DNA from: a virus | Lineage: Duplodnaviria > Caudoviricetes | Reading direction: 5' to 3' (one strand) | DNA length: 64,000 nucleotides | Virus record (IMG/VR): IMGVR_UViG_3300034374_009547 | Shown: in pieces, positions 10,984-19,284 of the stretch | How positions within the stretch are numbered: the stretch's first letter is position 1 | Layout of the letters: each line of letters begins with the position of its first letter | The notes under the pieces: model-generated | Databases searched by the model: none | What the model saw: the letters and a program-made list of their open reading frames with translations, nothing else | Told to the model about the DNA's origin: nothing | Program-made: the position numbers and the translations under genes

Positions 10984-11002
10984 AGAGTAAATAGGAAATA
11001 AT

Positions 11003-11182
11003 ATGGCACTACCAGCAACTGGATCTACGATTAGTATGACAAACATCAACAATTATTTTGTTGCTGGTGGTTTTACATCTTCTTTTGTTTTAAGTGTATT
11101 AGGTACATACATCGGAATTTCTGCTGGTACTACAATAAGTATGAGTAGTTCGTTTGGTGGTTATTATTTCCCAGCAACTTAG
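11003..11182 (+). CDS. 59-aa G/S/T-rich microprotein, probably tail-fibre associated (not in ORF track)
   Basis: Hand translation MALPATGSTISMTNINNYF...FGGYYFPAT*; ggaa SD upstream; stop TAG overlaps the AGGAG SD of the next gene. Confidence 0.8.
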   Translation: MALPATGSTISMTNINNYFVAGGFTSSFVLSVLGTYIGISAGTTISMSSSFGGYYFPAT

Positions 11183-11190
11183 GAGTTACA

Positions 11191-11571
11191 ATGAAATCTT
11201 TATACGAAGTGTTAAACATTGATTTAGCACAAGAATATACTAAAACTAGAAAACTAGCAAAATTACAAACACTAGAAATCAGCGATGCTCAACTAGAAAT
11301 TGAAGTTAAAAAAGCAATTGATAGCATGGATATTCCAGACGACGACGATCGTTATCATTGGATTCAAAAACTAGGTCACGCAGCAGGTGCAGATTTGCTT
11401 ACTATTGGTAAAGTACAACCTGAAAATATGCTTGCAATGGCAGCATTAAATGCTGATGATTTTCAAGAAGCAGTAAAAGTAGCTACAGGTACTGCACGTA
11501 ATTGGAACAAACAAACTATTGAAGCTGAAAAGCAACTAGCAGAAGAATCTATGCCAACAACTATCTTGTAA
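11191..11571 (+). CDS. Hypothetical protein (possible fibre assembly factor)
   Basis: Strong AGGAG SD; helical 126 aa; position downstream of the fibre; function not recognised. Confidence 0.6.
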   Translation: MKSLYEVLNIDLAQEYTKTRKLAKLQTLEISDAQLEIEVKKAIDSMDIPDDDDRYHWIQKLGHAAGADLLTIGKVQPENMLAMAALNADDFQEAVKVATGTARNWNKQTIEAEKQLAEESMPTTIL

Positions 11572-12155
11572 TGAAACTAGCAATTTGTGTTCCAACAAGA
11601 GACACGGTACATACATTATTTGCAGTAAGTTTGTGTAATCTTACAAACACACTTACAAAAAACAATATAGATTTTAATGTCCATATTGTTGCAGGAAGTG
11701 TAATATGCAATAGTCGAACTAGATTAGCCAAAGAAGCATTAGAAACAGGTGCAACACATTTGCTTTGGTTAGATAGTGATATGGCTTTTGCATCAAATGT
11801 TGTAGAACAACTACTAAACCACAACAAAGACATAGTGGCTGCAAATTACAGCACACGGTATGCTCCTTATCAAAGTGTTGCTTTTGTAGACCCTGACGAT
11901 ATGGATTGTAGATTAAATGCAACCAATGGTTTACATAAAGTTTGGGCTGTAGGCATGGGTTGTATGCTTGTAAAATCACAAGTTTACAAAGATTTACCAA
12001 AGCCTTGGTTTGATCACGAATATAATAAAAAATTAGACAACTTCAGCGGCGAGGATATATATTTTTGTAATCAGGCGATGCATCACGGTTATGAAGTATA
12101 TGTTGATGCAGATGTAAAATTATCGCATATAGGAATAAAGGCAAACACATTATGA
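11571..12155 (+). CDS. GT-A fold (GT2-like) glycosyltransferase
   Basis: KLAICVPT N-terminal strand, LLWLDSD DxD motif, GMGCMLVK and GEDIYFC motifs. Confidence 0.8.
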   Translation: MKLAICVPTRDTVHTLFAVSLCNLTNTLTKNNIDFNVHIVAGSVICNSRTRLAKEALETGATHLLWLDSDMAFASNVVEQLLNHNKDIVAANYSTRYAPYQSVAFVDPDDMDCRLNATNGLHKVWAVGMGCMLVKSQVYKDLPKPWFDHEYNKKLDNFSGEDIYFCNQAMHHGYEVYVDADVKLSHIGIKANTL

Positions 12156-14785
12156 CAACAGCTTTTTCAGTTTTTGATAAATTTCAAACTAATCTTCACA
12201 ATGGACAAGATTATTTAAAAAATCACATATTTGATAAATTTCCTATTTTATATACAGATAATCCAAATGATTTAACACAAGTTTGGGATAGAAATCTTGA
12301 TACTGAATATGTTTGGCTTGTTGATAAAAACATAAAAATTTATGATAGTTTTCCTTGGTTTTTTAGACCAAAGCCTGATGCACAAGTAGCAATTCATGCC
12401 TATCCATATGTTTATAAAAAAAGTAGAGATGTTAAAGACTGGAACAGAGTAAGATTAGTTCCTACAAAACCAGGAGAATATGAAGTAACTCAACATCCTC
12501 ACATTTGTGGACATTATGATCCATACAAAGGTGTTGACAAGTTTGATATCTTTTACATTGGAAAAAACAAAGACAATTTAAAGCAACTTGAAGAAAGAGG
12601 TTTGAGTATACAGGTTGTTGAAGACTATGAATCTGCTAGACAACAAAGTTATACTGATATGTTTTGGATTGTTTATGATGACACCGTTGTAAGAGAAACT
12701 TTTAAATTTAGTTATACACCTGACGAATGGAGCACAGATTTTGTTCATGTGTTTGGAAATGGTGATATTGATACATTAGATGGAATTGCTCTGTGTCCAA
12801 AAAGTTACAATCCTAGCAAAAAAGAATTAGACAATAGATTTTTTATTAATAAAAAAGAAATAAGAATTTTAGCAAGTAATCCAAGAAAATACGATAAGTT
12901 TGAAATGGACAACTATCAATCATATCTACATATGATGCGTCATAGTACCACAGATTTATTTTGGGGAATTCCTAAGGATATTGTAATTGATGATAATTTT
13001 AAATTTGATTTTTATATTCCATATCACAATGTTGCAGATAAAAAACAAAATCATGCTTGGCTAAATGGTAACAAATATGACGGAATTTATTTGTTCAGCA
13101 AAGAAGCAATCATTACAGAAAATGAATTTAACTATAGATTTTTAGTTAATAAAATTGAACATGATGTTGTAGCAAGTAAACCAAAAGACTTTGAAAGATT
13201 TACAATCGATACTTACGAACAATATAGAAGTGCAATTGAAAGCTGCGGTACAAGTATGTTTTGGGCTATCCCTAGTGACGTAAAAGTATCACCGGATTTT
13301 GCTTGGGATGAATATATTAACAATCTTGATAGTTTAGATAGAAGTACTAACCATGTATTTTTAAACGGTGATAGTTACGATGGTATTGTGTTAATGAACA
13401 CAAAAGAATTTGTAAATGATAAAGAAATTAGACATAGATTTTATACCAATAAAAAAGAACATGAAGTAATTGCAAGTACACCAAAACCTTACGATAAATT
13501 TACAATTGATACATACGAAGATTACACTACAGCATTGTATCATACAGAATCTGAAATGTTTTGGGGTGTCCCTAGTGATGTTAATGTTGCTGAAGATTTT
13601 GACTTTAGTTTATATTTTAGCTATCATAATCAATACGATCGTAATATGAATCACGTGTTTTTAAATGGAGAAAATTATGATGGTATTGTTTTATATAGTA
13701 AAAACTTATTAGTTAGTGAAAAAGAAATTGAACATAGGTTCTACATTAAGAAAAAAGAATGGGAAGTAATTGCAAGTAATCCTAAACCTTTCCCTGTGTA
13801 TACAATTAATGATTATGAAGATTATTTGAATGTAAAAAATGAAACTAGTGCTGATATGTTTTATATGATTAATGATAATATAAATTTGAAAGATGAATTT
13901 AATTTTGATTTGTATATTAGTCATCATAATCAGTACGAACGTAAAATTAATCATGTTTGGAAAAATGGAGAATTTTATGATGGTGTTGCACTTACAAGTA
14001 AACACATCAATTTAAGTCAAAGAGAAATTGATTATAGATTTTATGCTGTAAAAAAAGAATACGAAGAAATTGCAAGTTTACCTGTGCCTTATGATATTGT
14101 TTTTATTCAAAACGGTGAGCCAAATGCTGACGAAAACTATGCTACACTTTTACAAAGATTTCCCCGTGCTAAACGTGTTCAAAACATCAAAGGTATACAC
14201 CAAGCACACCAACGAGCAGCAGAACTTGTTGACACTGAAATGTTTTGGGTTGTAGACGCAGATGCAGAAATATTAGAAGAATTTGATTTTAATTATTATG
14301 TTCCTGCATACGATATTGATGGTAAGGATACCGTACATGTATGGCGTAGTTTCAACCCTGTTAACGGATTGGTATACGGGTATGGTGGAGTTAAATTATT
14401 GCCAACAAGGCTAACACGTACAATGGATATGACTACAACTGACATGACTACAAGTATCAGTGATAAGTTTAAAAGTATTCCTGCAATGAGTAATGTTACA
14501 AACTTTAATACAGATGCCTATAGTGCATGGCGCAGCGGATTTAGAGAATGCGCAAAGTTAGCAAGTAAAACAATTGCAAGACAGGAAGACGACGAAACTG
14601 AATTTAGACTTAATGCTTGGTGTACCAGAGGCGACGATAAACCGTTTGGTAGAGCAGCAATTGCTGGTGCAAAAGCAGGTCGAGAATTTGGCGAAACTTA
14701 CAAAGACAATAAAGAAGAATTAGAAAAAATTAACAATTTTCATTGGTTACACGACCAGTTTATAAAATTATATCAATCAACTTAA
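12152..14785 (+). CDS. Protein of about 7 tandem glycosyltransferase-like modules
   Basis: Recurring ~100-aa unit (YxxFxIxxYEDY...xMFWxxPxD...HVFLNGxxYDG); the last unit has FWVVDADA and YGGVKLLP. Confidence 0.7.
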   Translation: MTTAFSVFDKFQTNLHNGQDYLKNHIFDKFPILYTDNPNDLTQVWDRNLDTEYVWLVDKNIKIYDSFPWFFRPKPDAQVAIHAYPYVYKKSRDVKDWNRVRLVPTKPGEYEVTQHPHICGHYDPYKGVDKFDIFYIGKNKDNLKQLEERGLSIQVVEDYESARQQSYTDMFWIVYDDTVVRETFKFSYTPDEWSTDFVHVFGNGDIDTLDGIALCPKSYNPSKKELDNRFFINKKEIRILASNPRKYDKFEMDNYQSYLHMMRHSTTDLFWGIPKDIVIDDNFKFDFYIPYHNVADKKQNHAWLNGNKYDGIYLFSKEAIITENEFNYRFLVNKIEHDVVASKPKDFERFTIDTYEQYRSAIESCGTSMFWAIPSDVKVSPDFAWDEYINNLDSLDRSTNHVFLNGDSYDGIVLMNTKEFVNDKEIRHRFYTNKKEHEVIASTPKPYDKFTIDTYEDYTTALYHTESEMFWGVPSDVNVAEDFDFSLYFSYHNQYDRNMNHVFLNGENYDGIVLYSKNLLVSEKEIEHRFYIKKKEWEVIASNPKPFPVYTINDYEDYLNVKNETSADMFYMINDNINLKDEFNFDLYISHHNQYERKINHVWKNGEFYDGVALTSKHINLSQREIDYRFYAVKKEYEEIASLPVPYDIVFIQNGEPNADENYATLLQRFPRAKRVQNIKGIHQAHQRAAELVDTEMFWVVDADAEILEEFDFNYYVPAYDIDGKDTVHVWRSFNPVNGLVYGYGGVKLLPTRLTRTMDMTTTDMTTSISDKFKSIPAMSNVTNFNTDAYSAWRSGFRECAKLASKTIARQEDDETEFRLNAWCTRGDDKPFGRAAIAGAKAGREFGETYKDNKEELEKINNFHWLHDQFIKLYQST

Positions 14786-15194
14786 ACAAATCTAATAATT
14801 TAGTTCTATTTCTTTTAACACGTAATGTATTTTGTAATCCGTGATGCAATGGCTTTGGCCACTTATCAAATGAAGTCCAAGCATATCCATCGTGTTCTCC
14901 GTTTAGCTTAGGCATAAATTCTTCTTGCACTATACACAAATATGTGTGAAAATGGAAGTGTTCGTCATTACTAATAAATGTTTCTAATGGAATAGTTTTT
15001 TTAATATTAGGTATAAAAGATATTTCTTCTTGTATTTCACGTTTCAATCCTTCCCAAGGTGTTTCGGTTCCTTCGTTAGTACCGCCAACTAATCCCCATA
15101 GGTTTTTTGCTTTACCCTGAGTACGATGTAAAAATAAAAAACGTTTTGTTTCTAATGAATAAAATAGTGCACCACTACAAATAATTTTCTGCAT
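14760..15194 (-). CDS. NUDIX hydrolase
   Basis: Nudix box G-x5-E-x7-RE-xx-EE (GTNEGTETPWEGLKREIQEEI); start moved to ATG 15194 because the longer ORF overlaps gp15. Confidence 0.9.
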   Translation of the reverse strand: MQKIICSGALFYSLETKRFLFLHRTQGKAKNLWGLVGGTNEGTETPWEGLKREIQEEISFIPNIKKTIPLETFISNDEHFHFHTYLCIVQEEFMPKLNGEHDGYAWTSFDKWPKPLHHGLQNTLRVKRNRTKLLDLFKLIDIIL

Positions 15195-15207
15195 AAAAAT
15201 AATTATT

Positions 15208-16914
15208 TTATAATTGTATACGCCATGTTCCTCTTGGATAATATCCATCTACACTGCTTTGCCAATAATATTGATTCCAATAATATTGTTGTCCATTATC
15301 TAAATTAGTAATATATGTTTTTCCAGATTCACTAGCATCAAAAACAATATTCCATTTTGATCCGTCCCATTCGATAATGTCATTCGCATCTGCTACAAAG
15401 TCAGAGTTGTCTAAATTTTTCCACGCATCTGCTCCATCTTCGTTTAAGTTTAAGATGTAAACAATTTTGTCATCAACTGATGGCATTTCGTCTAAGTCTA
15501 TTACAAACTTATCATCAATATTACGTGACGTTGAAGAAACAGGAATATCATTAATAACAACTTGCCAACTTGTTACCGTGTCTGCTCTGCGTCCAGGAGT
15601 TGACCCTGATGCAGATTCAGCAACATAATAATCTATATCTGTATCAATTCTTGTTGATGCTGTTTCTACGGTAAAGCGTCTTTCAACTTTGAAACCAATT
15701 GGATCTAGTGTAAGTAATCTATAACCAGCAGTTTTTGTAGATGGATTGAATACTTTAGGATTAATAATTTTGTTAATACTTCCTGATGTAGTAACCGGAC
15801 CTTCTATAATAGTGTCGCTAGGTAAAGTGTCAACATCCCATATTATATCAATTAGTTTATCATTATCAGCATTTAATGTAAATGTTCCTACAATTTCATT
15901 TATTAATTCAGCACGTTTTAATCTAAGCTGACTAATACCAGGTTGGTATCTTGCTGGCAATTCTGCTTCTAAAATATTAAGCCAACTAATATCTCCAACA
16001 CGCAAACTTCTGTTTTTAGCAATTTTACCTGTTTCGTCTTCTACAATTAAGTCAAAATTTCTATAACTTACAACGATAGGATTATTCAAATCAAATCTGC
16101 CATCTTGTCCTGTTGCTACAATTGTATTCAATCTAATTCCATCTTCGTTTACTAGAGTTCCATCTGGTAATACGGTTACTCCACTTGCTGCCCCAACATT
16201 GTTATCTGTTGAAGGATTAAATCCTTCTAAACTAATTGTACCTGCGTCTTGGTTAAAAATACTTGTAATAATATCTGTAATGATTCCAAGTTTTTTAACT
16301 TTGACAGGTGGCGAAATGTAAACAGGCGCAGTAAATCCAAGTGTTGCAACATCAATTTCAGTTTCGGTTCCTGTAGGAATAGTTCTATTACTAAAGTTAA
16401 TATTTTCTAATTGTAATACGCTTAAACTTGTCCAATCGATATAATTGTCTGTGGTTTGAAATTCTAAGTCAGGATTAAACAACATAAAAATTTGTTCAAG
16501 TATTTGTAGTTTTTGATCAGTACTTGTACTCCAAACATCTACATTGACACTTAATGTATATGGTGTTGGATGCAATCTTTCTACGGTATATCCTTTTGCT
16601 TGTTCGGTTGAATACTCACCTGTGGCAGTATCATAAGCTCTTTCTCTAAGATTAATTTTGCTTACATAACTGCTATCACTTAGTCTAGATCTATCCATCT
16701 GGAAGCCAGTAATATAAACACCCATACGCGGAGCACTTGGCAGTTTGTTTTCGCTGTTGTCTCTAATTATACTTGCTACTTGTCTAGTTATATCACCATA
16801 CATAACAGGAACTTCACGTAAATCCCCATCAGCATCTTTGTAACTGAATTTACTAAATGCTCTTACAATTTGAGTTATATACCTACGTATTTGTCCGTCA
16901 TAAAAATATTGCAT
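15208..16914 (-). CDS. Tail terminator / sheath stabiliser (T4 gp15-like) with C-terminal extension
   Basis: YFYDGQIRRYI...VPVMYG...LPSAPRMG...PTPYTLSVNVDVWS...QILEQIFMLFNP pattern; adjacent to gp14/gp13. Confidence 0.8.
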   Translation of the reverse strand: MQYFYDGQIRRYITQIVRAFSKFSYKDADGDLREVPVMYGDITRQVASIIRDNSENKLPSAPRMGVYITGFQMDRSRLSDSSYVSKINLRERAYDTATGEYSTEQAKGYTVERLHPTPYTLSVNVDVWSTSTDQKLQILEQIFMLFNPDLEFQTTDNYIDWTSLSVLQLENINFSNRTIPTGTETEIDVATLGFTAPVYISPPVKVKKLGIITDIITSIFNQDAGTISLEGFNPSTDNNVGAASGVTVLPDGTLVNEDGIRLNTIVATGQDGRFDLNNPIVVSYRNFDLIVEDETGKIAKNRSLRVGDISWLNILEAELPARYQPGISQLRLKRAELINEIVGTFTLNADNDKLIDIIWDVDTLPSDTIIEGPVTTSGSINKIINPKVFNPSTKTAGYRLLTLDPIGFKVERRFTVETASTRIDTDIDYYVAESASGSTPGRRADTVTSWQVVINDIPVSSTSRNIDDKFVIDLDEMPSVDDKIVYILNLNEDGADAWKNLDNSDFVADANDIIEWDGSKWNIVFDASESGKTYITNLDNGQQYYWNQYYWQSSVDGYYPRGTWRIQL

Positions 16915-18068
16915 TAATTATTAGCCTTTGCTCTAAGTGCTTTACTCAATGATTGTCTCTCGACAACTTCTTCTCCAGCAATGGTATTTACATTTGTATT
17001 GTTTATAAACGAACCTTTTAGAGTATCTTTGTCTTTTGTTGGTGTTAGTGTTGTTCTCACTTTATCCTCTACCTTTCTCCAACTATTTCCATCATATCTA
17101 AATAATCTATTTGGAGATAAATCTATACGTAAAAAATAATCACCCTCGCCTGCTTGCGATGGAAAGCCTGTTCCCTGTCCGTACAATGCACCATTTGGTG
17201 GAATACCGTCACCAACTAAATAACCAATATATCCTGTTCCGTTAGGACTTTCAAAAACTTGATCAGATGTTATAAGTTCGTCAGAAATTAATGTTTCTTG
17301 GTCAACGGTAACAATAGCCATTTCTCCATCTTCTGTAACACTTAATGTGTAAAATTGTGTTGTTTCATAACCACTGAGTCTTGCATTTTCTTCTGCTTGT
17401 TGGATGATAGCTTCGTTTATTTGCATTTCTTTTTCGTAAGTGCTTAAAACATCACGTAAAGTATTACTACTACCTTCTTCTGCAGGTAAATCTAAAATAT
17501 CTTTGTATTCTTGTGAATCCATTATTTGTTTGCATTTTAGTCGATACAAATGCGGATACCAAGTTTGTGAAAATCCTTCTGCTGCTCGTGTAACATCTTC
17601 TACAACATAAAATCTTTTTAACGCAACACTGAAGTCATTTAAAGCATATTCATCAATCATATGTGGTAATTCTATAACATCGCCACTCATTATTTTTCTG
17701 CCTAAAGTTTTTACACTGCTGGCAATATGTATTGTCAAAAATATTGTATCATTTTGTAAAAATAAGCCAAATTGACTTAAATCAAAATCAGTATCTTGAA
17801 CATTATAATGACCTCTGAGTGTGTAAATATCGTTGTCATATTTTCTATCTCTGTTTTCTAGAAATAACAAGTCTTGAATGTTTGTTTCTGAAATTACATC
17901 GTATATAGGTTGTTCGATAGTTGCATCATCTGCTGATACATTCTTTGGACCGATATATTTGTGTATATTTAAATCTGTACCGCCAACCGTGAATTGTTCA
18001 TAGATAATACTATCTAAAAAGTCAAAGTCTTTGGATTTTTCCGGTCTATATAAACTTAATCTAGGCAT
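16914..18068 (-). CDS. Neck protein (T4 gp14-like)
   Basis: DLLFLENRDRKYD, FDLSQFGLFLQND and GDVIELP motifs; synteny. Confidence 0.75.
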   Translation of the reverse strand: MPRLSLYRPEKSKDFDFLDSIIYEQFTVGGTDLNIHKYIGPKNVSADDATIEQPIYDVISETNIQDLLFLENRDRKYDNDIYTLRGHYNVQDTDFDLSQFGLFLQNDTIFLTIHIASSVKTLGRKIMSGDVIELPHMIDEYALNDFSVALKRFYVVEDVTRAAEGFSQTWYPHLYRLKCKQIMDSQEYKDILDLPAEEGSSNTLRDVLSTYEKEMQINEAIIQQAEENARLSGYETTQFYTLSVTEDGEMAIVTVDQETLISDELITSDQVFESPNGTGYIGYLVGDGIPPNGALYGQGTGFPSQAGEGDYFLRIDLSPNRLFRYDGNSWRKVEDKVRTTLTPTKDKDTLKGSFINNTNVNTIAGEEVVERQSLSKALRAKANN

Positions 18069-18073
18069 ATGTA

Positions 18074-18094
18074 TATTTATCGTTACGATAAATA
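18074..18094. promoter_or_regulatory. Back-to-back late promoters forming an inverted repeat
   Basis: tatttatcg-tta-cgataaata; GATAAATA on both strands, facing gp14 (minus) and gp13 (plus). Confidence 0.8.
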
Positions 18095-18109
18095 CTAGTG
18101 GAGAACAAT

Positions 18110-18871
18110 ATGGCAGACTTGACTACTGAAAAACAAGAAATTTTTGATTACGTAAATGCATTCCTCGGCGGAGGCATGGTAGATGTTGAACTTGATCCAA
18201 TACACTACGAAACAGCACTTGTAAAAAGTTTAAGTAAATTTAGACAAAGAAGTGAAAATAGTGTAGAAGAAAGTTATTTGGTAATTGCACTAAATCCAGA
18301 TCAAAACGAATATACATTGCCAAATGAAGTTATCGAAGTTAGACAACTATTTAGACGCAATGTAGGTAGTAGATTAGGTGCTAGTGCTGATGGCGGCAGT
18401 TTGTTTGAACCATTTAACTTAGCTTACACAAATACATATTTGTTAGCAGGTAGCGGCATCGGTGGTCTAGCAACTTATGATTTCTTTGCACAACAACAAG
18501 AACTAGTAGGTCGTATGTTTGGTAGTTTTCTTGAATTTTATTGGAATACTAGTACAAAAAAATTAACTATATTACAACGTCCTAGAGCCGATGAAGAAAT
18601 TTTAGCATATTGCTATAATCATAGACCTGACTTTGAACTATTCAAAGATTACAAAGCATATCAGTGGATTAAAGATTATACTTTAGCTAACTGCAAATAT
18701 ATGTTAGGTGAAGCACGTAGCAAATTTGCAACCATAGCTGGACCAGGAGGTGGTACTACACTGAATGGCGATACATTAAAAGCCGAAGCACAAGCCGAAA
18801 TGGAAAAATTAGAAAAAGAACTAGATACAGCAGTTGCAGGCGGTACAGGTTATACGTTCTTAATTGGCTAA
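18110..18871 (+). CDS. Neck protein (T4 gp13-like)
   Basis: LGGGMVDVELD, WIKDYTLANCKYMLGEARSKF and LPGG-like GPGGGTTLNG motifs; start reassigned to ATG 18110 after GGAG. Confidence 0.85.
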   Translation: MADLTTEKQEIFDYVNAFLGGGMVDVELDPIHYETALVKSLSKFRQRSENSVEESYLVIALNPDQNEYTLPNEVIEVRQLFRRNVGSRLGASADGGSLFEPFNLAYTNTYLLAGSGIGGLATYDFFAQQQELVGRMFGSFLEFYWNTSTKKLTILQRPRADEEILAYCYNHRPDFELFKDYKAYQWIKDYTLANCKYMLGEARSKFATIAGPGGGTTLNGDTLKAEAQAEMEKLEKELDTAVAGGTGYTFLIG

Positions 18872-19143
18872 AGATCGTTATCGTGAATGTACAATTGAAT
18901 TAATGCATAATGCAAAATTTTCATTAAATCTTTTCGAGCATCTTCTGCTGTACCTTTTTTTCCATAGCGATTAGAATACTTGTCAACATTGCCCATGCAA
19001 AAACCAGTTCCGTGTCCTCTATCAATAATTACTTCAGTTGATTGAAATTTATTGGTACTATAATGTCCATCATATGTTTTGTCAATGTATGCTTGGAATT
19101 CATCAATGTATTTTTTTTCGTCAAATTTATAATCAATGCTCAT
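18868..19143 (-). CDS. DUF3310 / SaV-like small protein
   Basis: HYS...GFCMGNVDKYSNRYGKKG...DLMKILHY pattern; start at ATG 19143 with aaagga SD. Confidence 0.7.
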   Translation of the reverse strand: MSIDYKFDEKKYIDEFQAYIDKTYDGHYSTNKFQSTEVIIDRGHGTGFCMGNVDKYSNRYGKKGTAEDARKDLMKILHYALIQLYIHDNDL

Positions 19144-19161
19144 AGTAAATCCTTTTCTATT

Positions 19162-19190
19162 ATAATACATGATACAAGTTGTAAAGTCAA
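19162..19190 (-). promoter_or_regulatory. Sigma70 promoter for the DUF3310-like gene
   Basis: Minus strand TTGACT-N17-TATTAT with extended TG. Confidence 0.75.
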
Positions 19191-19241
19191 TAATAAAATG
19201 CGCACATAACGGCTAAAACCCCCTATTTTCTACCATAAGTA

Positions 19242-19249
19242 GATAAATA
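19242..19249 (+). promoter_or_regulatory. Late promoter (GATAAATA) for the sheath gene
   Basis: Motif match; AGGAG SD downstream. Confidence 0.7.
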
Positions 19250-19284
19250 TTATTGATAGACATAATCCATAGGAGAAATAAAAA

